From Azolla caroliniana (Eukaryota; Plantae; Polypodiophyta), in contig JBHGNT010000014.1 of NCBI GenBank assembly GCA_043228905.1, positions 18,352,001-18,416,000 of the forward strand: DNA of 64,000 bases. The letters run 5' to 3'. Both the position numbers and the translations under genes were made by a program. The notes under the pieces are model-generated. The model saw nothing but the letters and a program-made list of their open reading frames with translations. It ran no database searches and had not been told where the DNA came from. Shown piece by piece: positions 51,301 through 63,300 of the stretch; within the stretch, counting starts at the first letter, position 1, and each line of letters opens with the position of its first letter.

Positions 51301-54300
51301 GGCTATGAGATCGGCATGTAGTAGGTTGTCTTCTTTGAGTTCATCATGTACTTCCTCTGTGGAATCGTCCGATGTCTGTTGCTCTTGAGGAGGACGGACT
51401 ATTGCCTCTAACTCATCCCTGTCACTAGCCGCAGAGTCTTTTTGTTCTTCCTCACATTGGGCATCTCCCGAGGTCTCCTGTTCTTCAGGAAACTGGTCTT
51501 TTATGCCCAGAAGAGTAACCCCATCTGAAGGGGCATCCACTGTATCAGCATGTGGAAGTTCCTCGTAGGCATCTCCTGATGTGCGGTGCTCCTCTGAAAG
51601 ATGCTCCGTTTTCTTAATGTCTCCGCAGTCCGTTTCGACAAAATCTCTCGGCTGTTCTTCTCTTTGTAGATATTCTGAGCTCTGTTGTTGCGCTTCAGCA
51701 CTCTGGTCTGGTACAGAGAGCTCATCTTGATGACCATAGGTGCCTTCTTGGTTTTCTGGAACATTGATCTCCGGCTGAGTTTTAATTGTATGTTCCTGCT
51801 GTGAGATTTCTTGGTGACCTATGGAACTCACAGTGAGCAGGTTGTGGTCGATGAGTTCAGGCTGTATTTGGTCTATGAGATCGTCCGATTTTTGTTGGTC
51901 TTCAATTACATGCTCGGCTGCTTTGAACTCATCGTGCTCACTTCCCTGAAAGTCTTCCTGCTCTTCCCCTTTTTGAACATCTTCGGATGTGTCTTGGTCT
52001 TGAGGAAATGGTGTTTGTATACTTGCAGCAGTGAGTCCATCTGCGGGAGCTTCTGGTATATGTTCTGTAGGATGCGCGGCTGTGATGAACACATCGCAGT
52101 CACCTGGGGTAACATCTTTGTGATGTTCTTCTCCTGTTGTATCTTCTGACGCATGTTGCTGTTCAGCCGTGTGGCTTAGCCCATCGAAATCATCTTGATC
52201 ACGATCCAGGGATTCCTGGTTCGCTGCAAGGTTGATCTCCTCAACACTTTTAGCTGTATGTTCTTCCGGTGTAATTTCCTGGCGCCCCATCGTATCGACA
52301 TTGGGTGGCGTTTCTATTATGAATTCTGTATTTTCTTCCTCGATGCTATATTCTGATGTTTGTCGCTCTTTAAGGGGATATCCCTTGTTCTCGTTCAGAT
52401 CACTGGCCTCAAAATCTTTCTGTTCTTCTTTTTGTAAATATGTTGAGGCCTCTTGTTGTTCAGCCAATGGTTCTTCTTTACGAAGAGGAAGAACTACATC
52501 CTCAGGGGCATCCAGTATATGTGCAGGAAGAAGTTCATTTTGTTCTGGGTGTTGGATATCTTCTGATGGGTGGCGATCTTCGGAAGGACGCGCTGTTATC
52601 GTGAGCTCATCGAAGTCACGTGCGGCAAAGTCTTTTTGCTCCTCATGTGTTGTTATCAGTGGAGAGGTGTGCTGCTCTTCCGCCATTCGGTTTAGTACAT
52701 TGAGCTCATCTTCGTCCCTATATAGCGTGGCTTGGTTTGCTGGAACGCCCTCTTTGATTTCTTGGCTGGCTATGAGATCGGCATGTAGTAGGTTGTCTTC
52801 TTTGAGTTCATCATGTACTTCCTCTGTGGAATCGTCCGATGTCTGTTGCTCTTGAGGAGGACGGACTATTGCCTCTAACTCATCCCTGTCACTAGCCGCA
52901 GAGTCTTTTTGTTCTTCCTCACATTGGGCATCTCCCGAGGTCTCCTGTTCTTCAGGAAACTGGTCTTTTATGCCCAGAAGAGTAACCCCATCTGAAGGGG
53001 CATCCACTGTATCAGCATGTGGAAGTTCCTCGTAGGCATCTCCTGATGTGCGGTGCTCCTCTGAAAGATGCTCCGTTTTCTTAATGTCTCCGCAGTCCGT
53101 TTCGACAAAATCTCTCGGCTGTTCTTCTCTTTGTAGATATTCTGAGCTCTGTTGTTGCGCTTCAGCACTCTGGTCTGGTACAGAGAGCTCATCTTGATGA
53201 CCATAGGTGCCTTCTTGGTTTTCTGGAACATTGATCTCCGGCTGAGTTTTAATTGTATGTTCCTGCTGTGAGATTTCTTGGTGACCTATGGAACTCACAG
53301 TGAGCAGGTTGTGGTCGATGAGTTCAGGCTGTATTTGGTCTATGAGATCGTCCGATTTTTGTTGGTCTTCAATTACATGCTCGGCTGCTTTGAACTCATC
53401 GTGCTCACTTCCCTGAAAGTCTTCCTGCTCTTCCCCTTTTTGAACATCTTCGGATGTGTCTTGGTCTTGAGGAAATGGTGTTTGTATACTTGCAGCAGTG
53501 AGTCCATCTGCGGGAGCTTCTGGTATATGTTCTGTAGGATGCGCGGCTGTGATGAACACATCGCAGTCACCTGGGGTAACATCTTTGTGATGTTCTTCTC
53601 CTGTTGTATCTTCTGACGCATGTTGCTGTTCAGCCGTGTGGCTTAGCCCATCGAAATCATCTTGATCACGATCCAGGGATTCCTGGTTCGCTGCAAGGTT
53701 GATCTCCTCAACACTTTTAGCTGTATGTTCTTCCGGTGTAATTTCCTGGCGCCCCATCGTATCGACATTGGGTGGCGTTTCTATTATGAATTCTGTATTT
53801 TCTTCCTCGATGCTATATTCTGATGTTTGTCGCTCTTTAAGGGGATATCCCTTGTTCTCGTTCAGATCACTGGCCTCAAAATCTTTCTGTTCTTCTTTTT
53901 GTAAATATGTTGAGGCCTCTTGTTGTTCAGCCAATGGTTCTTCTTTACGAAGAGGAAGAACTACATCCTCAGGGGCATCCAGTATATGTGCAGGAAGAAG
54001 TTCATTTTGTTCTGGGTGTTGGATATCTTCTGATGGGTGGCGATCTTCGGAAGGACGCGCTGTTATCGTGAGCTCATCGAAGTCACGTGCGGCAAAGTCT
54101 TTTTGCTCCTCATGTGTTGTTATCAGTGGAGAGGTGTGCTGCTCTTCCGCCATTCGGTTTAGTACATTGAGCTCATCTTCGTCCCTATATAGCGTGGCTT
54201 GGTTTGCTGGAACGCCCTCTTTGATTTCTTGGCTGGCTATGAGATCGGCATGTAGTAGGTTGTCTTCTTTGAGTTCATCATGTACTTCCTCTGTGGAATC

Positions 54301-57300
54301 GTCCGATGTCTGTTGCTCTTGAGGAGGACGGACTATTGCCTCTAACTCATCCCTGTCACTAGCCGCAGAGTCTTTTTGTTCTTCCTCACATTGGGCATCT
54401 CCCGAGGTCTCCTGTTCTTCAGGAAACTGGTCTTTTATGCCCAGAAGAGTAACCCCATCTGAAGGGGCATCCACTGTATCAGCATGTGGAAGTTCCTCGT
54501 AGGCATCTCCTGATGTGCGGTGCTCCTCTGAAAGATGCTCCGTTTTCTTAATGTCTCCGCAGTCCGTTTCGACAAAATCTCTCGGCTGTTCTTCTCTTTG
54601 TAGATATTCTGAGCTCTGTTGTTGCGCTTCAGCACTCTGGTCTGGTACAGAGAGCTCATCTTGATGACCATAGGTGCCTTCTTGGTTTTCTGGAACATTG
54701 ATCTCCGGCTGAGTTTTAATTGTATGTTCCTGCTGTGAGATTTCTTGGTGACCTATGGAACTCACAGTGAGCAGGTTGTGGTCGATGAGTTCAGGCTGTA
54801 TTTGGTCTATGAGATCGTCCGATTTTTGTTGGTCTTCAATTACATGCTCGGCTGCTTTGAACTCATCGTGCTCACTTCCCTGAAAGTCTTCCTGCTCTTC
54901 CCCTTTTTGAACATCTTCGGATGTGTCTTGGTCTTGAGGAAATGGTGTTTGTATACTTGCAGCAGTGAGTCCATCTGCGGGAGCTTCTGGTATATGTTCT
55001 GTAGGATGCGCGGCTGTGATGAACACATCGCAGTCACCTGGGGTAACATCTTTGTGATGTTCTTCTCCTGTTGTATCTTCTGACGCATGTTGCTGTTCAG
55101 CCGTGTGGCTTAGCCCATCGAAATCATCTTGATCACGATCCAGGGATTCCTGGTTCGCTGCAAGGTTGATCTCCTCAACACTTTTAGCTGTATGTTCTTC
55201 CGGTGTAATTTCCTGGCGCCCCATCGTATCGACATTGGGTGGCGTTTCTATTATGAATTCTGTATTTTCTTCCTCGATGCTATATTCTGATGTTTGTCGC
55301 TCTTTAAGGGGATATCCCTTGTTCTCGTTCAGATCACTGGCCTCAAAATCTTTCTGTTCTTCTTTTTGTAAATATGTTGAGGCCTCTTGTTGTTCAGCCA
55401 ATGGTTCTTCTTTACGAAGAGGAAGAACTACATCCTCAGGGGCATCCAGTATATGTGCAGGAAGAAGTTCATTTTGTTCTGGGTGTTGGATATCTTCTGA
55501 TGGGTGGCGATCTTCGGAAGGACGCGCTGTTATCGTGAGCTCATCGAAGTCACGTGCGGCAAAGTCTTTTTGCTCCTCATGTGTTGTTATCAGTGGAGAG
55601 GTGTGCTGCTCTTCCGCCATTCGGTTTAGTACATTGAGCTCATCTTCGTCCCTATATAGCGTGGCTTGGTTTGCTGGAACGCCCTCTTTGATTTCTTGGC
55701 TGGCTATGAGATCGGCATGTAGTAGGTTGTCTTCTTTGAGTTCATCATGTACTTCCTCTGTGGAATCGTCCGATGTCTGTTGCTCTTGAGGAGGACGGAC
55801 TATTGCCTCTAACTCATCCCTGTCACTAGCCGCAGAGTCTTTTTGTTCTTCCTCACATTGGGCATCTCCCGAGGTCTCCTGTTCTTCAGGAAACTGGTCT
55901 TTTATGCCCAGAAGAGTAACCCCATCTGAAGGGGCATCCACTGTATCAGCATGTGGAAGTTCCTCGTAGGCATCTCCTGATGTGCGGTGCTCCTCTGAAA
56001 GATGCTCCGTTTTCTTAATGTCTCCGCAGTCCGTTTCGACAAAATCTCTCGGCTGTTCTTCTCTTTGTAGATATTCTGAGCTCTGTTGTTGCGCTTCAGC
56101 ACTCTGGTCTGGTACAGAGAGCTCATCTTGATGACCATAGGTGCCTTCTTGGTTTTCTGGAACATTGATCTCCGGCTGAGTTTTAATTGTATGTTCCTGC
56201 TGTGAGATTTCTTGGTGACCTATGGAACTCACAATGAGCAGGTTGTGGTCGATGAGTTCAGGCTGTATTTGGTCTATGAGATCGTCCGATTTTTGTTGGT
56301 CTTCAATTACATGCTCGGCTGCTTTGAACTCATCGTGCTCACTTCCCTGAAAGTCTTCCTGCTCTTCCCCTTTTTGAACATCTTCGGATGTGTCTTGGTC
56401 TTGAGGAAATGGTGTTTGTATACTTGCAGCAGTGAGTCCATCTGCGGGAGCTTCTGGTATATGTTCTGTAGGATGCGCGGCTGTGATGAACACATCGCAG
56501 TCACCTGGGGTAACATCTTTGTGATGTTCTTCTCCTGTTGTATCTTCTGACGCATGTTGCTGTTCAGCCGTGTGGCTTAGCCCATCGAAATCATCTTGAT
56601 CACGATCCAGGGATTCCTGGTTCGCTGCAAGGTTGATCTCCTCAACACTTTTAGCTGTATGTTCTTCCGGTGTAATTTCCTGGCGCCCCATCGTATCGAC
56701 ATTGGGTGGCGTTTCTATTATGAATTCTGTATTTTCTTCCTCGATGCTATATTCTGATGTTTGTCGCTCTTTAAGGGGATATCCCTTGTTCTCGTTCAGA
56801 TCACTGGCCTCAAAATCTTTCTGTTCTTCTTTTTGTAAATATGTTGAGGCCTCTTGTTGTTCAGCCAATGGTTCTTCTTTACGAAGAGGAAGAACTACAT
56901 CCTCAGGGGCATCCAGTATATGTGCAGGAAGAAGTTCATTTTGTTCTGGGTGTTGGATATCTTCTGATGGGTGGCGATCTTCGGAAGGACGCGCTGTTAT
57001 CGTGAGCTCATCGAAGTCACGTGCGGCAAAGTCTTTTTGCTCCTCATGTGTTGTTATCAGTGGAGAGGTGTGCTGCTCTTCCGCCATTCGGTTTAGTACA
57101 TTGAGCTCATCTTCGTCCCTATATAGCGTGGCTTGGTTTGCTGGAACGCCCTCTTTGATTTCTTGGCTGGCTATGAGATCGGCATGTAGTAGGTTGTCTT
57201 CTTTGAGTTCATCATGTACTTCCTCTGTGGAATCGTCCGATGTCTGTTGCTCTTGAGGAGGACGGACTATTGCCTCTAACTCATCCCTGTCACTAGCCGC

Positions 57301-60300
57301 AGAGTCTTTTTGTTCTTCCTCACATTGGGCATCTCCCGAGGTCTCCTGTTCTTCAGGAAACTGGTCTTTTATGCCCAGAAGAGTAACCCCATCTGAAGGG
57401 GCATCCACTGTATCAGCATGTGGAAGTTCCTCGTAGGCATCTCCTGATGTGCGGTGCTCCTCTGAAAGATGCTCCGTTTTCTTAATGTCTCCGCAGTCCG
57501 TTTCGACAAAATCTCTCGGCTGTTCTTCTCTTTGTAGATATTCTGAGCTCTGTTGTTGCGCTTCAGCACTCTGGTCTGGTACAGAGAGCTCATCTTGATG
57601 ACCATAGGTGCCTTCTTGGTTTTCTGGAACATTGATCTCCGGCTGAGTTTTAATTGTATGTTCCTGCTGTGAGATTTCTTGGTGACCTATGGAACTCACA
57701 GTGAGCAGGTTGTGGTCGATGAGTTCAGGCTGTATTTGGTCTATGAGATCGTCCGATTTTTGTTGGTCTTCAATTACATGCTCGGCTGCTTTGAACTCAT
57801 CGTGCTCACTTCCCTGAAAGTCTTCCTGCTCTTCCCCTTTTTGAACATCTTCGGATGTGTCTTGGTCTTGAGGAAATGGTGTTTGTATACTTGCAGCAGT
57901 GAGTCCATCTGCGGGAGCTTCTGGTATATGTTCTGTAGGATGCGCGGCTGTGATGAACACATCGCAGTCACCTGGGGTAACATCTTTGTGATGTTCTTCT
58001 CCTGTTGTATCTTCTGACGCATGTTGCTGTTCAGCCGTGTGGCTTAGCCCATCGAAATCATCTTGATCACGATCCAGGGATTCCTGGTTCGCTGCAAGGT
58101 TGATCTCCTCAACACTTTTAGCTGTATGTTCTTCCGGTGTAATTTCCTGGCGCCCCATCGTATCGACATTGGGTGGCGTTTCTATTATGAATTCTGTATT
58201 TTCTTCCTCGATGCTATATTCTGATGTTTGTCGCTCTTTAAGGGGATATCCCTTGTTCTCGTTCAGATCACTGGCCTCAAAATCTTTCTGTTCTTCTTTT
58301 TGTAAATATGTTGAGGCCTCTTGTTGTTCAGCCAATGGTTCTTCTTTACGAAGAGGAAGAACTACATCCTCAGGGGCATCCAGTATATGTGCAGGAAGAA
58401 GTTCATTTTGTTCTGGGTGTTGGATATCTTCTGATGGGTGGCGATCTTCGGAAGGACGCGCTGTTATCGTGAGCTCATCGAAGTCACGTGCGGCAAAGTC
58501 TTTTTGCTCCTCATGTGTTGTTATCAGTGGAGAGGTGTGCTGCTCTTCCGCCATTCGGTTTAGTACATTGAGCTCATCTTCGTCCCTATATAGCGTGGCT
58601 TGGTTTGCTGGAACGCCCTCTTTGATTTCTTGGCTGGCTATGAGATCGGCATGTAGTAGGTTGTCTTCTTTGAGTTCATCATGTACTTCCTCTGTGGAAT
58701 CGTCCGATGTCTGTTGCTCTTGAGGAGGACGGACTATTGCCTCTAACTCATCCCTGTCACTAGCCGCAGAGTCTTTTTGTTCTTCCTCACATTGGGCATC
58801 TCCCGAGGTCTCCTGTTCTTCAGGAAACTGGTCTTTTATGCCCAGAAGAGTAACCCCATCTGAAGGGGCATCCACTGTATCAGCATGTGGAAGTTCCTCG
58901 TAGGCATCTCCTGATGTGCGGTGCTCCTCTGAAAGATGCTCCGTTTTCTTAATGTCTCCGCAGTCCGTTTCGACAAAATCTCTCGGCTGTTCTTCTCTTT
59001 GTAGATATTCTGAGCTCTGTTGTTGCGCTTCAGCACTCTGGTCTGGTACAGAGAGCTCATCTTGATGACCATAGGTGCCTTCTTGGTTTTCTGGAACATT
59101 GATCTCCGGCTGAGTTTTAATTGTATGTTCCTGCTGTGAGATTTCTTGGTGACCTATGGAACTCACAGTGAGCAGGTTGTGGTCGATGAGTTCAGGCTGT
59201 ATTTGGTCTATGAGATCGTCCGATTTTTGTTGGTCTTCAATTACATGCTCGGCTGCTTTGAACTCATCGTGCTCACTTCCCTGAAAGTCTTCCTGCTCTT
59301 CCCCTTTTTGAACATCTTCGGATGTGTCTTGGTCTTGAGGAAATGGTGTTTGTATACTTGCAGCAGTGAGTCCATCTGCGGGAGCTTCTGGTATATGTTC
59401 TGTAGGATGCGCGGCTGTGATGAACACATCGCAGTCACCTGGGGTAACATCTTTGTGATGTTCTTCTCCTGTTGTATCTTCTGACGCATGTTGCTGTTCA
59501 GCCGTGTGGCTTAGCCCATCGAAATCATCTTGATCACGATCCAGGGATTCCTGGTTCGCTGCAAGGTTGATCTCCTCAACACTTTTAGCTGTATGTTCTT
59601 CCGGTGTAATTTCCTGGCGCCCCATCGTATCGACATTGGGTGGCGTTTCTATTATGAATTCTGTATTTTCTTCCTCGATGCTATATTCTGATGTTTGTCG
59701 CTCTTTAAGGGGATATCCCTTGTTCTCGTTCAGATCACTGGCCTCAAAATCTTTCTGTTCTTCTTTTTGTAAATATGTTGAGGCCTCTTGTTGTTCAGCC
59801 AATGGTTCTTCTTTACGAAGAGGAAGAACTACATCCTCAGGGGCATCCAGTATATGTGCAGGAAGAAGTTCATTTTGTTCTGGGTGTTGGATATCTTCTG
59901 ATGGGTGGCGATCTTCGGAAGGACGCGCTGTTATCGTGAGCTCATCGAAGTCACGTGCGGCAAAGTCTTTTTGCTCCTCATGTGTTGTTATCAGTGGAGA
60001 GGTGTGCTGCTCTTCCGCCATTCGGTTTAGTACATTGAGCTCATCTTCGTCCCTATATAGCGTGGCTTGGTTTGCTGGAACGCCCTCTTTGATTTCTTGG
60101 CTGGCTATGAGATCGGCATGTAGTAGGTTGTCTTCTTTGAGTTCATCATGTACTTCCTCTGTGGAATCGTCCGATGTCTGTTGCTCTTGAGGAGGACGGA
60201 CTATTGCCTCTAACTCATCCCTGTCACTAGCCGCAGAGTCTTTTTGTTCTTCCTCACATTGGGCATCTCCCGAGGTCTCCTGTTCTTCAGGAAACTGGTC

Positions 60301-63300
60301 TTTTATGCCCAGAAGAGTAACCCCATCTGAAGGGGCATCCACTGTATCAGCATGTGGAAGTTCCTCGTAGGCATCTCCTGATGTGCGGTGCTCCTCTGAA
60401 AGATGCTCCGTTTTCTTAATGTCTCCGCAGTCCGTTTCGACAAAATCTCTCGGCTGTTCTTCTCTTTGTAGATATTCTGAGCTCTGTTGTTGCGCTTCAG
60501 CACTCTGGTCTGGTACAGAGAGCTCATCTTGATGACCATAGGTGCCTTCTTGGTTTTCTGGAACATTGATCTCCGGCTGAGTTTTAATTGTATGTTCCTG
60601 CTGTGAGATTTCTTGGTGACCTATGGAACTCACAGTGAGCAGGTTGTGGTCGATGAGTTCAGGCTGTATTTGGTCTATGAGATCGTCCGATTTTTGTTGG
60701 TCTTCAATTACATGCTCGGCTGCTTTGAACTCATCGTGCTCACTTCCCTGAAAGTCTTCCTGCTCTTCCCCTTTTTGAACATCTTCGGATGTGTCTTGGT
60801 CTTGAGGAAATGGTGTTTGTATACTTGCAGCAGTGAGTCCATCTGCGGGAGCTTCTGGTATATGTTCTGTAGGATGCGCGGCTGTGATGAACACATCGCA
60901 GTCACCTGGGGTAACATCTTTGTGATGTTCTTCTCCTGTTGTATCTTCTGACGCATGTTGCTGTTCAGCCGTGTGGCTTAGCCCATCGAAATCATCTTGA
61001 TCACGATCCAGGGATTCCTGGTTCGCTGCAAGGTTGATCTCCTCAACACTTTTAGCTGTATGTTCTTCCGGTGTAATTTCCTGGCGCCCCATCGTATCGA
61101 CATTGGGTGGCGTTTCTATTATGAATTCTGTATTTTCTTCCTCGATGCTATATTCTGATGTTTGTCGCTCTTTAAGGGGATATCCCTTGTTCTCGTTCAG
61201 ATCACTGGCCTCAAAATCTTTCTGTTCTTCTTTTTGTAAATATGTTGAGGCCTCTTGTTGTTCAGCCAATGGTTCTTCTTTACGAAGAGGAAGAACTACA
61301 TCCTCAGGGGCATCCAGTATATGTGCAGGAAGAAGTTCATTTTGTTCTGGGTGTTGGATATCTTCTGATGGGTGGCGATCTTCGGAAGGACGCGCTGTTA
61401 TCGTGAGCTCATCGAAGTCACGTGCGGCAAAGTCTTTTTGCTCCTCATGTGTTGTTATCAGTGGAGAGGTGTGCTGCTCTTCCGCCATTCGGTTTAGTAC
61501 ATTGAGCTCATCTTCGTCCCTATATAGCGTGGCTTGGTTTGCTGGAACGCCCTCTTTGATTTCTTGGCTGGCTATGAGATCGGCATGTAGTAGGTTGTCT
61601 TCTTTGAGTTCATCATGTACTTCCTCTGTGGAATCGTCCGATGTCTGTTGCTCTTGAGGAGGACGGACTATTGCCTCTAACTCATCCCTGTCACTAGCCG
61701 CAGAGTCTTTTTGTTCTTCCTCACATTGGGCATCTCCCGAGGTCTCCTGTTCTTCAGGAAACTGGTCTTTTATGCCCAGAAGAGTAACCCCATCTGAAGG
61801 GGCATCCACTGTATCAGCATGTGGAAGTTCCTCGTAGGCATCTCCTGATGTGCGGTGCTCCTCTGAAAGATGCTCCGTTTTCTTAATGTCTCCGCAGTCC
61901 GTTTCGACAAAATCTCTCGGCTGTTCTTCTCTTTGTAGATATTCTGAGCTCTGTTGTTGCGCTTCAGCACTCTGGTCTGGTACAGAGAGCTCATCTTGAT
62001 GACCATAGGTGCCTTCTTGGTTTTCTGGAACATTGATCTCCGGCTGAGTTTTAATTGTATGTTCCTGCTGTGAGATTTCTTGGTGACCTATGGAACTCAC
62101 AGTGAGCAGGTTGTGGTCGATGAGTTCAGGCTGTATTTGGTCTATGAGATCGTCCGATTTTTGTTGGTCTTCAATTACATGCTCGGCTGCTTTGAACTCA
62201 TCGTGCTCACTTCCCTGAAAGTCTTCCTGCTCTTCCCCTTTTTGAACATCTTCGGATGTGTCTTGGTCTTGAGGAAATGGTGTTTGTATACTTGCAGCAG
62301 TGAGTCCATCTGCGGGAGCTTCTGGTATATGTTCTGTAGGATGCGCGGCTGTGATGAACACATCGCAGTCACCTGGGGTAACATCTTTGTGATGTTCTTC
62401 TCCTGTTGTATCTTCTGACGCATGTTGCTGTTCAGCCGTGTGGCTTAGCCCATCGAAATCATCTTGATCACGATCCAGGGATTCCTGGTTCGCTGCAAGG
62501 TTGATCTCCTCAACACTTTTAGCTGTATGTTCTTCCGGTGTAATTTCCTGGCGCCCCATCGTATCGACATTGGGTGGCGTTTCTATTATGAATTCTGTAT
62601 TTTCTTCCTCGATGCTATATTCTGATGTTTGTCGCTCTTTAAGGGGATATCCCTTGTTCTCGTTCAGATCACTGGCCTCAAAATCTTTCTGTTCTTCTTT
62701 TTGTAAATATGTTGAGGCCTCTTGTTGTTCAGCCAATGGTTCTTCTTTACGAAGAGGAAGAACTACATCCTCAGGGGCATCCAGTATATGTGCAGGAAGA
62801 AGTTCATTTTGTTCTGGGTGTTGGATATCTTCTGATGGGTGGCGATCTTCGGAAGGACGCGCTGTTATCGTGAGCTCATCGAAGTCACGTGCGGCAAAGT
62901 CTTTTTGCTCCTCATGTGTTGTTATCAGTGGAGAGGTGTGCTGCTCTTCCGCCATTCGGTTTAGTACATTGAGCTCATCTTCGTCCCTATATAGCGTGGC
63001 TTGGTTTGCTGGAACGCCCTCTTTGATTTCTTGGCTGGCTATGAGATCGGCATGTAGTAGGTTGTCTTCTTTGAGTTCATCATGTACTTCCTCTGTGGAA
63101 TCGTCCGATGTCTGTTGCTCTTGAGGAGGACGGACTATTGCCTCTAACTCATCCCTGTCACTAGCCGCAGAGTCTTTTTGTTCTTCCTCACATTGGGCAT
63201 CTCCCGAGGTCTCCTGTTCTTCAGGAAACTGGTCTTTTATGCCCAGAAGAGTAACCCCATCTGAAGGGGCATCCACTGTATCAGCATGTGGAAGTTCCTC

